From Paraphysomonas bandaiensis (Eukaryota; Protista; Chrysophyceae): a stretch of 64,000 bases of DNA. The DNA lies in NCBI GenBank assembly GCA_965644295.1, contig CBFFRP010000475.1, positions 62,001-126,000 on the forward strand, read 5' to 3'. The notes below the pieces were generated by a model. That model did no database searches. It had not been told where the DNA came from and worked only from the letters and a program-made list of their open reading frames with translations. A program made the translations under genes and the position numbers. Shown one piece after another: positions 35,901-47,917 of this stretch (position 1 is the first letter of the stretch; the number at the start of each line of letters is the position of its first letter).

Positions 35901-38900
35901 CCTTGGATCCAGATATATCTAGGGGTAGTGAGTCACATGGCCCGATCTGAGAAGGTGATATAATCGATAATGTGGGAACAAGAGGCGTTTGCGGAGCATG
36001 TATTCTGATAGAGGTCAATGAATTAAACTGCCACGTACTACACGCAGGACCGTTATTTAGCACTTTACATTTAGCTCGAATCTTATTCGCTTGCAGTGTA
36101 ATTACATCAGACACACCAACAACTCCACTCGCCCCAGGATATATCGACACTCTTGAATCATCAACCCATAAGCATCTCGTGTCCTTCTGAATACCCGGAA
36201 ACGAAAACACATCAATGCAGTTGAAATTATTGGTATATCCTGCACGATTGGTGGGTGCATCAAACAGCAGTGTTATCTTAGTTCCATCATTAGAAAAGGT
36301 CGCTGACATCAATACTGGAACCGCGGGTTCCGTATCAGCAGCAAGCACAGTGATAAAACTTGCAGGAGTATAGGAAATGACATAATCATTTGCTGATAAT
36401 CCCGACATTGTAAATGCCAAGTCATACACACCAGCGTTCTGGCGAATATACGCCACATACTCAACAGTAGATGAAGTGAAAACCACAGACGATGGGACAA
36501 ACGGATATACTGTTGAGTTTTGAAAGGCAGCCAACGATACATTCAAGTCATTGGGTACTACATCACCAGCATCGAGCTTCAATGCAACTGCCGTGTCTTC
36601 TACACTCGAGTACGAAGTCGCAATCAATTCAACATTTAAGGTTCGACAGCATGCCGTCCTTGCCGCTGACTTGGTCCCACGCATTAGATCATAATCCATT
36701 GGTGTATCTAGTGCAGAGTACGTAGCACAGTATACATCATAATCTGAAGACGCAATTAAACCCTCGATGATAAACGACACAGTCGTGGAAGTTATCGATA
36801 TCAAATCATTGCGAAGAAGAAGAGTATCAACAGTAGACGGAACAAATGAATTCGATGCTAAGTACGCTGAGCAAACGAGAGATCCTTCCGGTACATCGAC
36901 AGCCACTGTGGCTGTAATCGAGTTAGTTGTGCTGGATACAGTTACGCTCAATATATCAGATGCCACTGATAACTCGGTAAATTCTATCTGCAATATGTTT
37001 AATATCGTAGGAAACAGGGGGGTTTCAACCTCATTACATGGACTATCGTATATGATCGCAGATGGTTTAACAGTTGATGGCGTGCATGGAGAGGCAGTAC
37101 AGTTCGCACACAGGAATGCAGAAGTCAGGCTCCCACAACGGCCCACCATCCAACTCGTATCATGACACTTGAAAGATATGGATGAAGACACGGTTGCCTT
37201 GGACACTGACATAAGTGTAGTCACAATATCAGCAGCAGTTGCACTATCGTTACAAGTCACAGTCACTGATTCCAGGTCAGCTGAATAGTCTACTGTCGAT
37301 ATCATACTGAGAGTAGAAGCTGTATAGGTAATCAACGCTGTCGCAATATCGTCATTGACGAAAACTTCCCACTCGCCACATGTGCCATACCCGCGTTCAC
37401 CTTTGACTACTAAGCTCGCAAAGGTACTTCTCGCTCCCAGATCAATGCCATTGATATATGCATCATATTTCTCTTTCCACAGAGTCAAGAATGATATCGA
37501 CGGAGATAGAGAAGGTACAAGTGTAGGACTCATGGAGAGTGTTGGTGGTAAAGTTGGATAGTGAGTAACTGTAGGAACTGGCGCGCATGTTGGTCGGTAT
37601 GTTGGAAATGATGTCGGTACCTTAGTAGGAATATTAGTAGGTGAAAACGTGGGAAATCCTGTAGGCGATGTTGTTGGTTTCGATGATGGCACTGAGGTGG
37701 GAGTGGAGCTTGGATCGCAAGTGGGACCGTACGTGGGTTGCCTAGTCGGCTCCCCACTTGGCTGCGAACTCGGAACTCCTGTTGGTATAGCGGATGGTAT
37801 GCTAGAAGGTTGACTGGTAGGCGAGGCACTAGGACAAGATGAAGGCTGTCCAGAAGGAATAGTTGATGGCAGGGTTGTCGGTTCACCAGATGGTCTACAA
37901 CTTGGTTGACCTGTAGGCAACCCCGTAGGCTGACTGGAAGGTTCACTCGTGGGTTGGCTAGTGGGTTCCCCTGAAGGCTGAGCACTAGGCTGACCAGAAG
38001 GTTCACCAGTGGGTTGGCCAGAGGGTTCCCCTGAAGGCTGCCCAGAAGGCTTACCTGTAGGTTCTCCAGAAGGTTGAGCACTAGGCTGTCCAGAAGGTTC
38101 GCCAGTGGGTTCCCCTGAAGGTTGAGCACTAGGCTGACCAGAGGGTTCACCAGTGGGTTGGCCAGAGGGCTTCCCAGAAGGTTGGGCGCTAGGTTCACCT
38201 GTAGGTTGGCCAGTGGGTTCCCGTGAAGGCTGGCTGGAAGGTTCGCCAGTGGGTTGTCCGGAAGGCTTACCTGTAGGTTCTCCAGAAGGTTCGCCAGTGG
38301 GTTCCCCTGAAGGTTGAGCACTAGGCTGACCAGAAGGTTCACCAGTGGGTTGGCCAGAGGGCTTCCCAGAAGGTTGGGCGCTAGGTTCACCTGTAGGTTG
38401 GCCAGTGGGTGCCCCTGAAGGCTGGCTGGAAGGTTCGCCAGTGGGTTGTCCTGTAGGTTCTCCAGAAGGCTGAGCACTTGGTAGTCCAGAAGGTTGGCCT
38501 GTGGGTTCCCCTGAAGGTTGAGCACTAGGCTGACCAGAAGGTTGGCCAGTGGGTTGACAAGTGGGCTTCCCAGAAGGCTGAGCACTAGGTTCCCCTGAAG
38601 GCTGACCAGAAGGCTGGCTGGTAGGTTCACCAGTGGGTTGTCCTGTAGGTTCTCCAGAAGGTTGAGCACTAGGCTGTCCAGAAGGTTCGCCAGTGGGTTG
38701 GCCAGTGGGCTTCCCAGAAGGTTGGGCGCTAGGTTCCCCTGAAGGCTGACCAGAAGGCTGGCTGGTAGGTTCACCAGTGGGTTGTCCTGTAGGTTCTCCA
38801 GAAGGTTGAGCACTAGGCTGTCCAGAAGGTTCGCCTGTGGGTTCCCCTGAAGGTTGAGCACTAGGCTGACCAGAAGGTTCGCCAGTGGGTTGGCCAGTGG

Positions 38901-41900
38901 GCTGACCAGAAGGTTGGGCGCTAGGTTCACCTGTAGGTTGACCAGTGGGTGCCCCTGAAGGCTGACCAGAAGGCTGGCTGGAAGGTTCACCAGTGGGTAG
39001 TCCTGTAGGTTCTCCAGAAGGTTGAGCACTAGGCTGTCCAGAAGGTTCGCCTGTGGGTTCCCCTGAAGGTTGAGCACTAGGCTGACCAGAAGGTTCACCA
39101 GTGGGTTGGCCAGAGGGCTTCCCAGAAGGTTGGGCGCTAGGTTCACCTGTAGGTTGGCCAGTGGGTGCCCCTGAAGGCAGTCCAGAAGGTTCGCCAGTGG
39201 GTTGTCCTGTAGGTTGAGCACTAGGCTGACCAGAAGGTTCACCAGTGGGTTGGCCAGTGGGCTTCCCAGAAGGTTGGGCGCTAGGTTCACCTGTAGGTTG
39301 GCCAGTGGGTGCCCCTGAAGGCAGTCCAGAAGGTTCGCCAGTGGGTTGTCCTGTAGGTTGAGCACTAGGCTGACCAGAAGGTTCACCAGTGGGTTGGCCA
39401 GTGGGCTTCCCAGAAGGTTGGGCGCTAGGTTCACCTGTAGGTTGGCCAGTGGGTTCCCCTGAAGGTTGACCAGAAGGTTCGCCAGTGGGTTCCCCTGAAG
39501 GTTGAGCACTAGGCTGACCAGAAGGTTCACCAGTGGGTTGGCCAGTGGGCTTCCCAGAAGGTTGGGCGCTAGGTTCACCTGTAGGTTGGCCAGTGGGTGC
39601 CCCTGAAGGTTGACCAGAAGGCTGGCTGGAAGGTTCGCCAGTGGGTTGTCCTGTAGGTTCTCCAGAAGGCTGAGCACTAGGCTGACCAGAAGGTTCCCCA
39701 GTGGGTTGGCCAGTGGGCTTCCCAGAAGGTTGGGCGCTAGGTTCACCTGTAGGTTGGCCAGTGGGTTTCCCTGAAGGCTGACCAGAAGGCTGGCTGGAAG
39801 GTTCACCAGTGGGTAGTCCTGTAGGTTCTCCAGAAGGCTGAGCACTTGGTAGTCCAGAAGGTTGGCCAGTGGGTTGTCCTGTAGGCCGAGCACTAGGCTG
39901 ACCAGAAGGTTCACCAGTGGGTTGCCCTGTAGGTTCTCCAGAAGGCTGAGCACTTGGTAGTCCAGAAGGTTCACCAGTAGTAGGTTGGCCAGTAGGTTCC
40001 CCTGAAGGCCGAGCACTTGGTAGTCCAGAAGGTTCACCAGTGGGTTGGCCAGTAGGTTCCCCTGAAGGCCGAGCACTAGGCTGACCAGAAGGTTCACCAC
40101 TGGGTTCGCAAGTGGGCTCCCCAGAAGGATGACCAGAAGGTTGGCCAGTGGGTTCCCGTGAAGGCTGAGCACTAGGTTGTCCAGAAGGTTCACATGTGGG
40201 TTGGCCAGAGGGTTTCCCTGAAGGTTGTCCAGTAGGTTCACCTGTAGGTTGGCCAGTAGGTTCCCCTGTAGGCTGAGCAGAAGGTTCACAGGTGGGTTGG
40301 CTAGTGGGTTCCCCTGAAGGCTGTCCGGAAGGTTCGCCCGTAGGTTGCCCTGAAGGTTGACCGGTAGGCTGACTAGAAGGTTCACCAGTGGGTTCTCTTG
40401 AAGGCTGAGCACTTGGTAGTCCGGAAGGCTCGCCTGTGGGCTCCCCAGAAGGTTTGCCCGTGGGTTGGCCCGTAGGTTTCCCTGCAGGCTGTCCAGTAGG
40501 TTTCCCTGAAGGTTGCCCAGTGGGTTGCCTAGTGGGTTCTGCTGAAGGCCGAGCACTAGGCTGACCAGAAGGTTCTCCAGTGGGTTGTCCTGTGGGTTCC
40601 CCAGAAGGATGACCAGAAGGTTCCCCTGAAGGCTGTCCAGACGGCTCCCCAGTGGGTTGGCTACTGGGTTCTCTAGAAGGCTGACGACTAGGTTGTCCAG
40701 AAGGTTGGTTTGTGGGTTCCCCAGAAGGCTGACCTGAAGGCTCACCAGTGGGTTCCCGAGAAGGCAGCCCAGAGGGATAACTCGTTGGAACACTTGTAGG
40801 CTGACAAGAAGGTTCAAATGTGGGTTGTCCTGTCGGTTGACTACTAGGAGTACCAGAAGGAGCATTTGTTGGTTGACCTGTTGGCTGTGCGGTGGGTTGA
40901 ATGGCATGAAAATACAATATATCATTCAAAGGTGATTCGTTTCCTTTACCTCCCAAAGACCACATTTCATTCTCTAGCACAATAATCGCATGTTCATATC
41001 GATTGTGAAAAGAATTCGTCGAGTCGGTAGCTAATACCCATGTGGTTTCATTATAAGAGTACCACATATCATTCAAAAGAGACGATTGATTGTCCCTACC
41101 ACCAACGACCCACATTTTGCCGTCGAAAACAACACTGCTGTGAAACTCTCGATTACTCCATGGTGCGTGCGAAGTCACACTTTGCCAATTTGCTCCATCA
41201 ACAGAGCGCCATACGTCATTCATAACACCACTACTTTGAGTATAGCCACCAGCAATCCACATATTACTTTCATATACCGTCATTGAGTGACCATAACGAC
41301 CATTCCAAGGAGCGTTGGTGACGGACAATATCCACGTCGAACCGTTAGTAGAATGCCAAACATCACTTCCAAAATTTGTACCACTCTTGCCACCAGTGAC
41401 CCATATTTTATCATTGAATACAGCACTGGCGTGATGGAACCGAGCACTCCACGAAGCCGACGCAGTTGCTCTCTCCCATGCTGATCCGTTTGTTGAGAAC
41501 CAAACATCATTCATTTCGTGGGAAGAATATCCACCCAATATCCATATTTTATTGCCATATACGACACTGCTATGGCCATACCGACCACCCCAATTAGCAG
41601 TTTGAGTAGAAAGTGTCCACTCGTTTCCATTTGGAGAGGACCACACATCTTTCAAGTTCTTGCTAGAAATGTTTCTACCACCCAACACCCACATTTTGTT
41701 TTCAAAAACAACACTCGTATGGCCGTATCGAGCACTCCATGAAGCCGCATCTGTTAACTGTTCCCATCCTGAAAATAATGAATAAATGAGGCGTCTCAAA
41801 GTGAAAAGGAGCTCAATTTACCCGTCGACATATATAGGGTCCGTTTTCTATTGTTCTCGCCATCAATAGTAGTAGTTGCGGCATCGAAATACTGGTCCTC

Positions 41901-42309
41901 GGCTCCGCGCAGAGTAAATATATTATCATAGGACAATCTGGAGAAGACTACAGCATAATATCATGTTAAACAACTGTATATTTCATCGTATAAATAGGAA
42001 CTTTCGTTCACGTACAAAACAAGCGAGTGGGACATCAATCGACTTTATCTAACCTGATTCCCTGACAATTTCCTGTTTCGGATGATCCATATAAAAAGGT
42101 GATATTTCAGTTGTTGACGAGACCTTCAAAGACAAAAATATTAAATAATACAGCACAGGTATTTGGATTACCTCCATATCGTTGTCGTTATATCCATCGG
42201 ACAGCTCACGTGAAGGAAACATACATAACGCCAACATAATGACAAGAATGAACAAACACACGTGAGCATTCGATAGTACCCCACGAGACAACAGTACCAA
42301 TGAATACAT
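29913..42309 (-). CDS. Gene 3: paralog with N-terminal six-bladed Kelch propeller, PSGQ/PSAQ stalk and REJ/GPS/TM base; own multi-exon leader
   Basis: The 3383-aa and 607-aa ORFs join by intron 31676-31730. The track's TTG start lies in an intron (41769-41821, GTAAAT..TTTCAG). Predicted upstream introns 41948-42053 and 42124-42171 give an in-frame leader MYSLVLLSRGVLSNAHVCLFILVIMLALCMF...ENNRKRTLYMSTGWEQL. The 5' exons are less certain than the body. Confidence 0.8.
37680..40900 (-). repeat. Coding 12-bp tandem repeat stalk of gene 3 (PSGQ/PSAQ/PTGE/PSGK)
   Basis: Translated ORF; related to the gene 1 stalk (both contain QPTFEPSCQPTSVPT and PTSYPSG.PSREPTGEPS near their start). Confidence 0.9.
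40910..41768 (-). other. Kelch-repeat beta-propeller domain (6 repeats) of gene 3
   Basis: Six units of W..R.GH.SVVF..KMWV.GG....NDVW.S.NG..W, with GG doublets and conserved W. Confidence 0.9.
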
Positions 42310-44385
42310 GCTGTAATAACAGTAAGTGGATATCTAAAAATATCAGACACGTCTAACGCTATTCCTAATAACAAACAGACAATACGATAGCAATCATTAA
42401 CTAAGAAATATGAAAATCTATCCAAGAAAGTACATCACTATTCTAAATATAAACAATCATGGATTACATGAGTCTCAACTTGCTTATTGATTGATAACTA
42501 GAACTAGAACACATGTGTATGTACAGCTATATAACATATCAGACACAGCAGTATGTCTGTATACCTTGGAGTGCGGTGACCTAAAACTGGTTATCAACCA
42601 CAACAGCACGCAGGTCGTAAACCTAAATAATTAGGAAATGTTGGAGTTTTTAGTTTCAATTCATCAAAACTGTCACAAATATAGAATAATATAGAACAAA
42701 AATTAACTTCGACAACAGACTCCATACCACCCTCACTTGGGGACTTTGTATTATAGATGTAAAAGTGCGGACTTTTTTTACAAATTGCTGATTACGTTGA
42801 ATATGTTACGAAGTTTTGACCCAAGAGAGAACCGAGCAAAGTGGTCGTTTTTTTCTTGCATATAAAAACCCATCGCCAAAACGACCAGTTGATAAACCGG
42901 CATATCTCGATATCCAATAATCATTTTTTCACTCCACCCCTACATGGTACACCACGCAGCGATTATCGCTCAATTCTCTCCCCGGTATGCATCATATGGC
43001 CATAACAACAACACAATAGAAAGAAATATGAAAATAAAGGTTCGATGAAGGACCATATGTCGGAATAACAGCTCCGAGGCTCCTAAAGCGGATTTAGTAT
43101 GATATAATAAATACATATATGTCATATGATCTAATGATGTCAATGAAGAGTATCCGTTGATACCATTTCGTGTATAAATAGGAGAGTATATTTCGAGTAT
43201 AATTTGGATTGTATTTTCTGTATACTTCTTTATTCATCATTACCAAGCCAGTTGCTTGACTGGCACTGCCAGTTGCTCGGTCGTAACATATATCTAACGT
43301 GATTTTGGCCTTATATAAAGCACTTTGAAATCCAAGAATGTCTCTTATTGGGGAGCCTGCGATTATGGGACCTTCGGCGGCACCTACAGCTTATTAACAA
43401 GGATAAATTTTGTGCTGAATGCTGAAGGCGAAACTCTGGTGATGTTATGTTCTTAGACTACTTAGAAGGGGATGAGTACAAGCTTATCGTATGTAGCGAG
43501 TCACAGAGATTTTAGAATAGAAAAACCTAGTACTACTTGTTCTAGTAGCTCCCTGCAATACATCCGATGCGGTAATTTATATAGATTTCTTCCATGCTGC
43601 ATTACTAATTATGATTTAGGTTATGTGGGATAGGGACTAGTCCATAGTCCATCGTCAAATTATTATCAGTGGAAGTGTATTTTTAGGACGCATTTCATAA
43701 TTGCATATTCGTCATTGCTCCTTATGCTCAATGGCATATGAACACAATGTCGACAGTTGAGAAAGCCAACACCACCATCTTAAGTGGAGTCCATAGTCGA
43801 CGTCGTATTGATTCCGAGAATAGAGAGCTTCAGAATGGGCTTTTATTCGTGCATGTCACAATATATGTTTGTTTTGTAATCAGAATACATGTAAGGTGGT
43901 GATAAAACAATATGTTGTTCATGTTGCATTCGAAGTGGTTGAGCCACCGTGTAAATTGGCATGGACACAGCATGCAATGAATTGCCAATGCCTCTCACTC
44001 TCAACCACTACGTGTATCTCTCATCTTCAACTTTGCAATAAGTTGATTGAAATCGCTGTTGATACTTGAGTTATCAAACTTTTGCGAGCGTCGATTCAAG
44101 TTCGCCAACATATCCTTAAGAATTGTTTCCATCAGTCCCTGTTACTGAAACAAGGCAAAGATGTCTGTATATCACTTCACCAAATCGTACCAGATCAACT
44201 CCATAGTTTGATGACAGCTACCCATCTCAATTGGAATGTCACAATATGCAAGACGTCGTCAAGGTGTCGTGGGACTGTCAGGGTTACATGGAATATTCAG
44301 TTGATACTAGGCTATCTACTTGTCACTACCAAAACAATTGTTATATCAAATATAATAATATTGATTACTGTAGTAATAGTGACGA

Positions 44386-44652
44386 TATATATTGAAAGTC
44401 TTATTATTAGCAATAGGCGTTAAAAACCTGCACCAACTTAGTAGCTAGATGAATGCTAGACAAACTAGTTAGACCTCTACCCTTAACTAATCAGTACACA
44501 CTTATCCTACTATTTAACGCTACGGAAGCTGCTTGTGCGTCGCCGCAAGCACCAAGGTGCGACCACTTCCGCTCTGAGTTCTTAAGGTGAACATCCCGGA
44601 TGCTTGACTTCAGCAGGCAGCACAATACCCCGGTTACCCTTCAGGTGGGCCC
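44386..44652 (-). mobile_element. Short 3'-end copy of the retroposon-like repeat
   Basis: 44386-44572 matches 45137-45326 directly and 29133-29322 inverted; 44575-44652 matches 1744-1821. Confidence 0.65.
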
Positions 44653-45136
44653 ATTCCCGGATGCCTGTTTATTCGTCAGGGCCCAAAAACGTCTACACAA
44701 GTGACACTATTGGTGTCCCTTGTACCACACAAGCATTCGGCTATGAGTGGGCAGAAGCATATCTGCTGACTATGTTTAGTGACGATATAACTTTAGTGAA
44801 TGACAATGAATGATAAGAGATGTTGATCACCATTTTAATTGATTATGGAGTAAATTTAAGGCTCTGTTACTTAATTTCAATGATCAAAATCATATCAGAT
44901 TTGAATATTGCCGTCGACATAGTAAATGCAAGCGCTCACAGGTGATTGAACAGTACAACCCCACGGTGTTAAAATAGTGCAAGACATTCGAATATCTTTT
45001 GGAGCTCATTAAGTTGATGTCAGTTAATGGTATGTTGTAAAAAAAAACACGCTCAGTCCACTCCCACATACATTATGATGATAGAGGTATGGCACAACTG
45101 AGTCTTATTATGCTATCGTATTAGGCAGGAATACTA

Positions 45137-46095
45137 TGTATTGAAAGTCTTTTTATTTAGCAATAGGCGTTAAAAACCTGTGCCAATATAATGGCTAGTT
45201 GAATGCTAGACATACTAGTTAGACCTCTACCCATAACTAATCAGCACAAATTCCATTATCCTACTATTTAACGCTACAGAAGCTGCTTGTGCGTCGCCGC
45301 AAGCACCAAGGTGCGACCACTTCCGTTTTTGATGTTGATTGCGAGTTTCGCCATTGTCGTGTGTCCTAGGACTCACCGGCGCTATATGATAGATGTGTAT
45401 GTAGGGGACACGTTGTGCAACGTACAGCATGACAAGTGAAAGCAGTGATCTAAGTCTACTACTACAACACTGGAACTAATAAGACTACACATACATTGTG
45501 TGCAATTTGCATCGGGGACTGCCTTATGTACCTCACGGCAACCAGGGGAACACAGTACTATACCCTGCTTATATTGGCGATCTGGTGGCCTTCCTTTAGG
45601 CATTGTGCCAAGTGGCTCGGAGGTATGTGGATGAAGGTCTTGCAAAAGGTTATGGCCTACTGTGAAGAAGCGTCGAAATCGACTCTTTTGCTGTCTTAGC
45701 CAACGGTAGAGAGCACATGCAAGAGAGTGTATAGCTGGACAGGGGTGGGATATGAGGGTCATCCGGTGTGTCCAGCAACAGGGAGTCGAGAGGGAGTGTG
45801 ATGGTGCAAAAGAGGCAACATCTGATTGAGGAGAGTGGGACTGCGCAACAGAACTAAGTCTGCCAAGGTCGGGTACTCTGATAGACCTATGCACGAGATG
45901 ATGATGATGATGGTCTGGAGGAGACACTCGGACGTCCTCAGCTGCCCTTGTTAGTGTCTGTGTTGGTGCAGGGGGGTACAGGCTGAGGCATAGAGTGTGT
46001 GTGGAAGGAAGATGACGGCAAGGTATCAGAGACGGAGGGAGGGGAGATGGTTTGTCTGGAGGTTCTCGAGGAGGAGGTAGAGTGTAGGAGTACTA
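45137..46095 (-). mobile_element. 5'-truncated copy of the retroposon-like repeat with a RING-like remnant ORF
   Basis: Inverted homolog of 28450-29320. ORF 45382-45927 ends CTQCMCSL...DLDHCFHLSCC. Confidence 0.6.
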
Positions 46096-46820
46096 TGAAT
46101 ACACATGTGCTTGAAAACCCGCCTATACCAGTGATTCGAAATTCAATCAACCTGTGATTTTCATCCACACACCATAGATGATGAGGCCCGGTGGGTGACT
46201 ACATTATCTAGATTTACCCGATGAATATCTCTGGACACTACTCTAAGCCACACATGCGAAAACCATTGTTTCCCCTCTGTCAGGATGATATCTTATCCTC
46301 TATCAATGAATCTAATTTATGGTAGTACGAGAAGATTTTGTGACAATAGTTCTACTTATGTCCTTGTTGCTGATGAGATGTTGTAGAAAATATTGGCGAC
46401 CCTAATACACCTAAACAACAACAAAGCTATACAATGACATTGTAGTATGACTGGTTTTGAAGTTATATCAATGTTTTCTTTAAAATGGTTCTAATAGACA
46501 CAAATATAATGGCAGCCATAAACGCATGGCGCTACTCCCACATAATGTTCTGCGCATGGGGCTCCAGTTTAAGACCTCTAACTACAAATTTCAAAAATAG
46601 AATTAATTAAAAGGCTAACTATATTTCAGATAGCAGTGTGTTTCAAAAGACAACGTCCAAAACCTAGAATGTCATAACCAGTCGTACTTTCAAGTATATA
46701 AATACATATCAACCGTAACCATCAGAAATCGAAAGACGCTGCCGTAAAAATAGCACTGTGAACATCTACCATAGATATAGAAGTAACAACGCATCCAGTC
46801 TATTCACGAACAGAGTAAAT

Positions 46821-47192
46821 CTACAATGTATTCTCTTGCACATTGGCAGAAACTTCTGACTTCGAAGCAGGTTTGAATACAGGCAATGGCTTCGTATTCC
46901 CTGTAGCTCTAGAGCCGTGAGTTGTGTGACCAGGAGGTGCTGTTGCAGGCTTCTTTCTAAAACAAAAGCAACCACTCTGTACCTCTTCCTGACTAACTTT
47001 GGCTTCGAGCTGCCTGTCTAACTGCCGACTTTTCATTTCTGCAATCTACGATAGCAGTTAGAAGGCGTGATCAAGAAAAACGCCTATGCAGAATACCTGA
47101 GCCCTAATCTCTACATTTTCATCTTTAAGCGCTTTGGTCTGCTCTCGCAAAAGCTGAACCTCTTTGATAAGAATTTGTAGTTGTGCTTCCAT
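46821..47192 (-). CDS. Small (about 106 aa) coiled-coil protein; join(47097..47192, 46821..47045)
   Basis: MEAQLQILIKEVQLLREQTKALKDENVEIRAQ|IAEMKSRQLDRQLEAKVSQEEVQSGCFCFRKK..., joined by a 51-nt GTATTC..CTAAC..CGTAG intron in phase 0. Confidence 0.6.
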
Positions 47193-47917
47193 TATACACG
47201 ATGCCGTGTAACTGATGCTGTGCCAGAGTTATCAACAACAGAAATAAGACGAATAACTCCTATATCTTTGCTCGCTTCAAAACAGTATCCGCAAAAACTC
47301 TTTGTAGCGAGTGGGAGTAATGATTGCTGTTATGTGTTGCAATCCAACCAAGCTGTAATTGCACGCACCTGCAGTCAAGTTTGCACAAGTACATCTCTGG
47401 ATACGGTGGCATTGGACTCTATAGGGTCGAATACGGTGCCCCTACAACATCCTACAGGCACTATGGATATACTGATATACAGCAGTATACCTATACAGTG
47501 TGGTGAGCGATATCCGGTATCCGGATATGCCTGACAGCAAGTGTCCCTAGATATTTCATCATATGAAGATAATCTTTTCTGCACGTTCATATGACGGTAA
47601 TCTATTCTGCATATAATATACGAAGATTATCTTCTCTGCATCTTCATCACATGCACTGATATATAGGGATCTGGTGTGTGCAGTTTTGGTACAGGTAAGA
47701 CTACTGTATTATATGGAGGCGTTTTTCGACAAAGCGGACCAGTGCGGTCCCACTTCTTTTTTTTGTGTTGATGTTTTCGTATGGAACATGTGTGTAGAGC
47801 TTTGAAATTGTTGTCAAAATGACAACAATTTCTATTAAGGAGCCAAGCGCCATACACATATATATAGAGAATAAAAAGTGTGTATTATTGTAGCGTAGAC
47901 CCGTATTGTTGAGCTTG

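Noticed and set aside
4729-37561. Many 60-130 aa ORFs repeated three times (e.g. MNPTVSRTR, MINDTVVEV, MWWGDQHCE)
   Set aside because: Antisense or alternate-frame shadows of the triplicated constant region; their recurrence reflects DNA identity only.
2284-42309. Tandem copies as an assembly artefact (uncollapsed haplotypes)
   Set aside because: The copies have different stalks, heads, tails and intergenic insertions, plus scattered substitutions. An artefact is unlikely, though only spanning reads can exclude it.
42400-44380. Possible gene or pseudogene (ORFs 43869-44423 and a stop-interrupted minus frame)
   Set aside because: No recognisable motif or consistent splice model; left unannotated.
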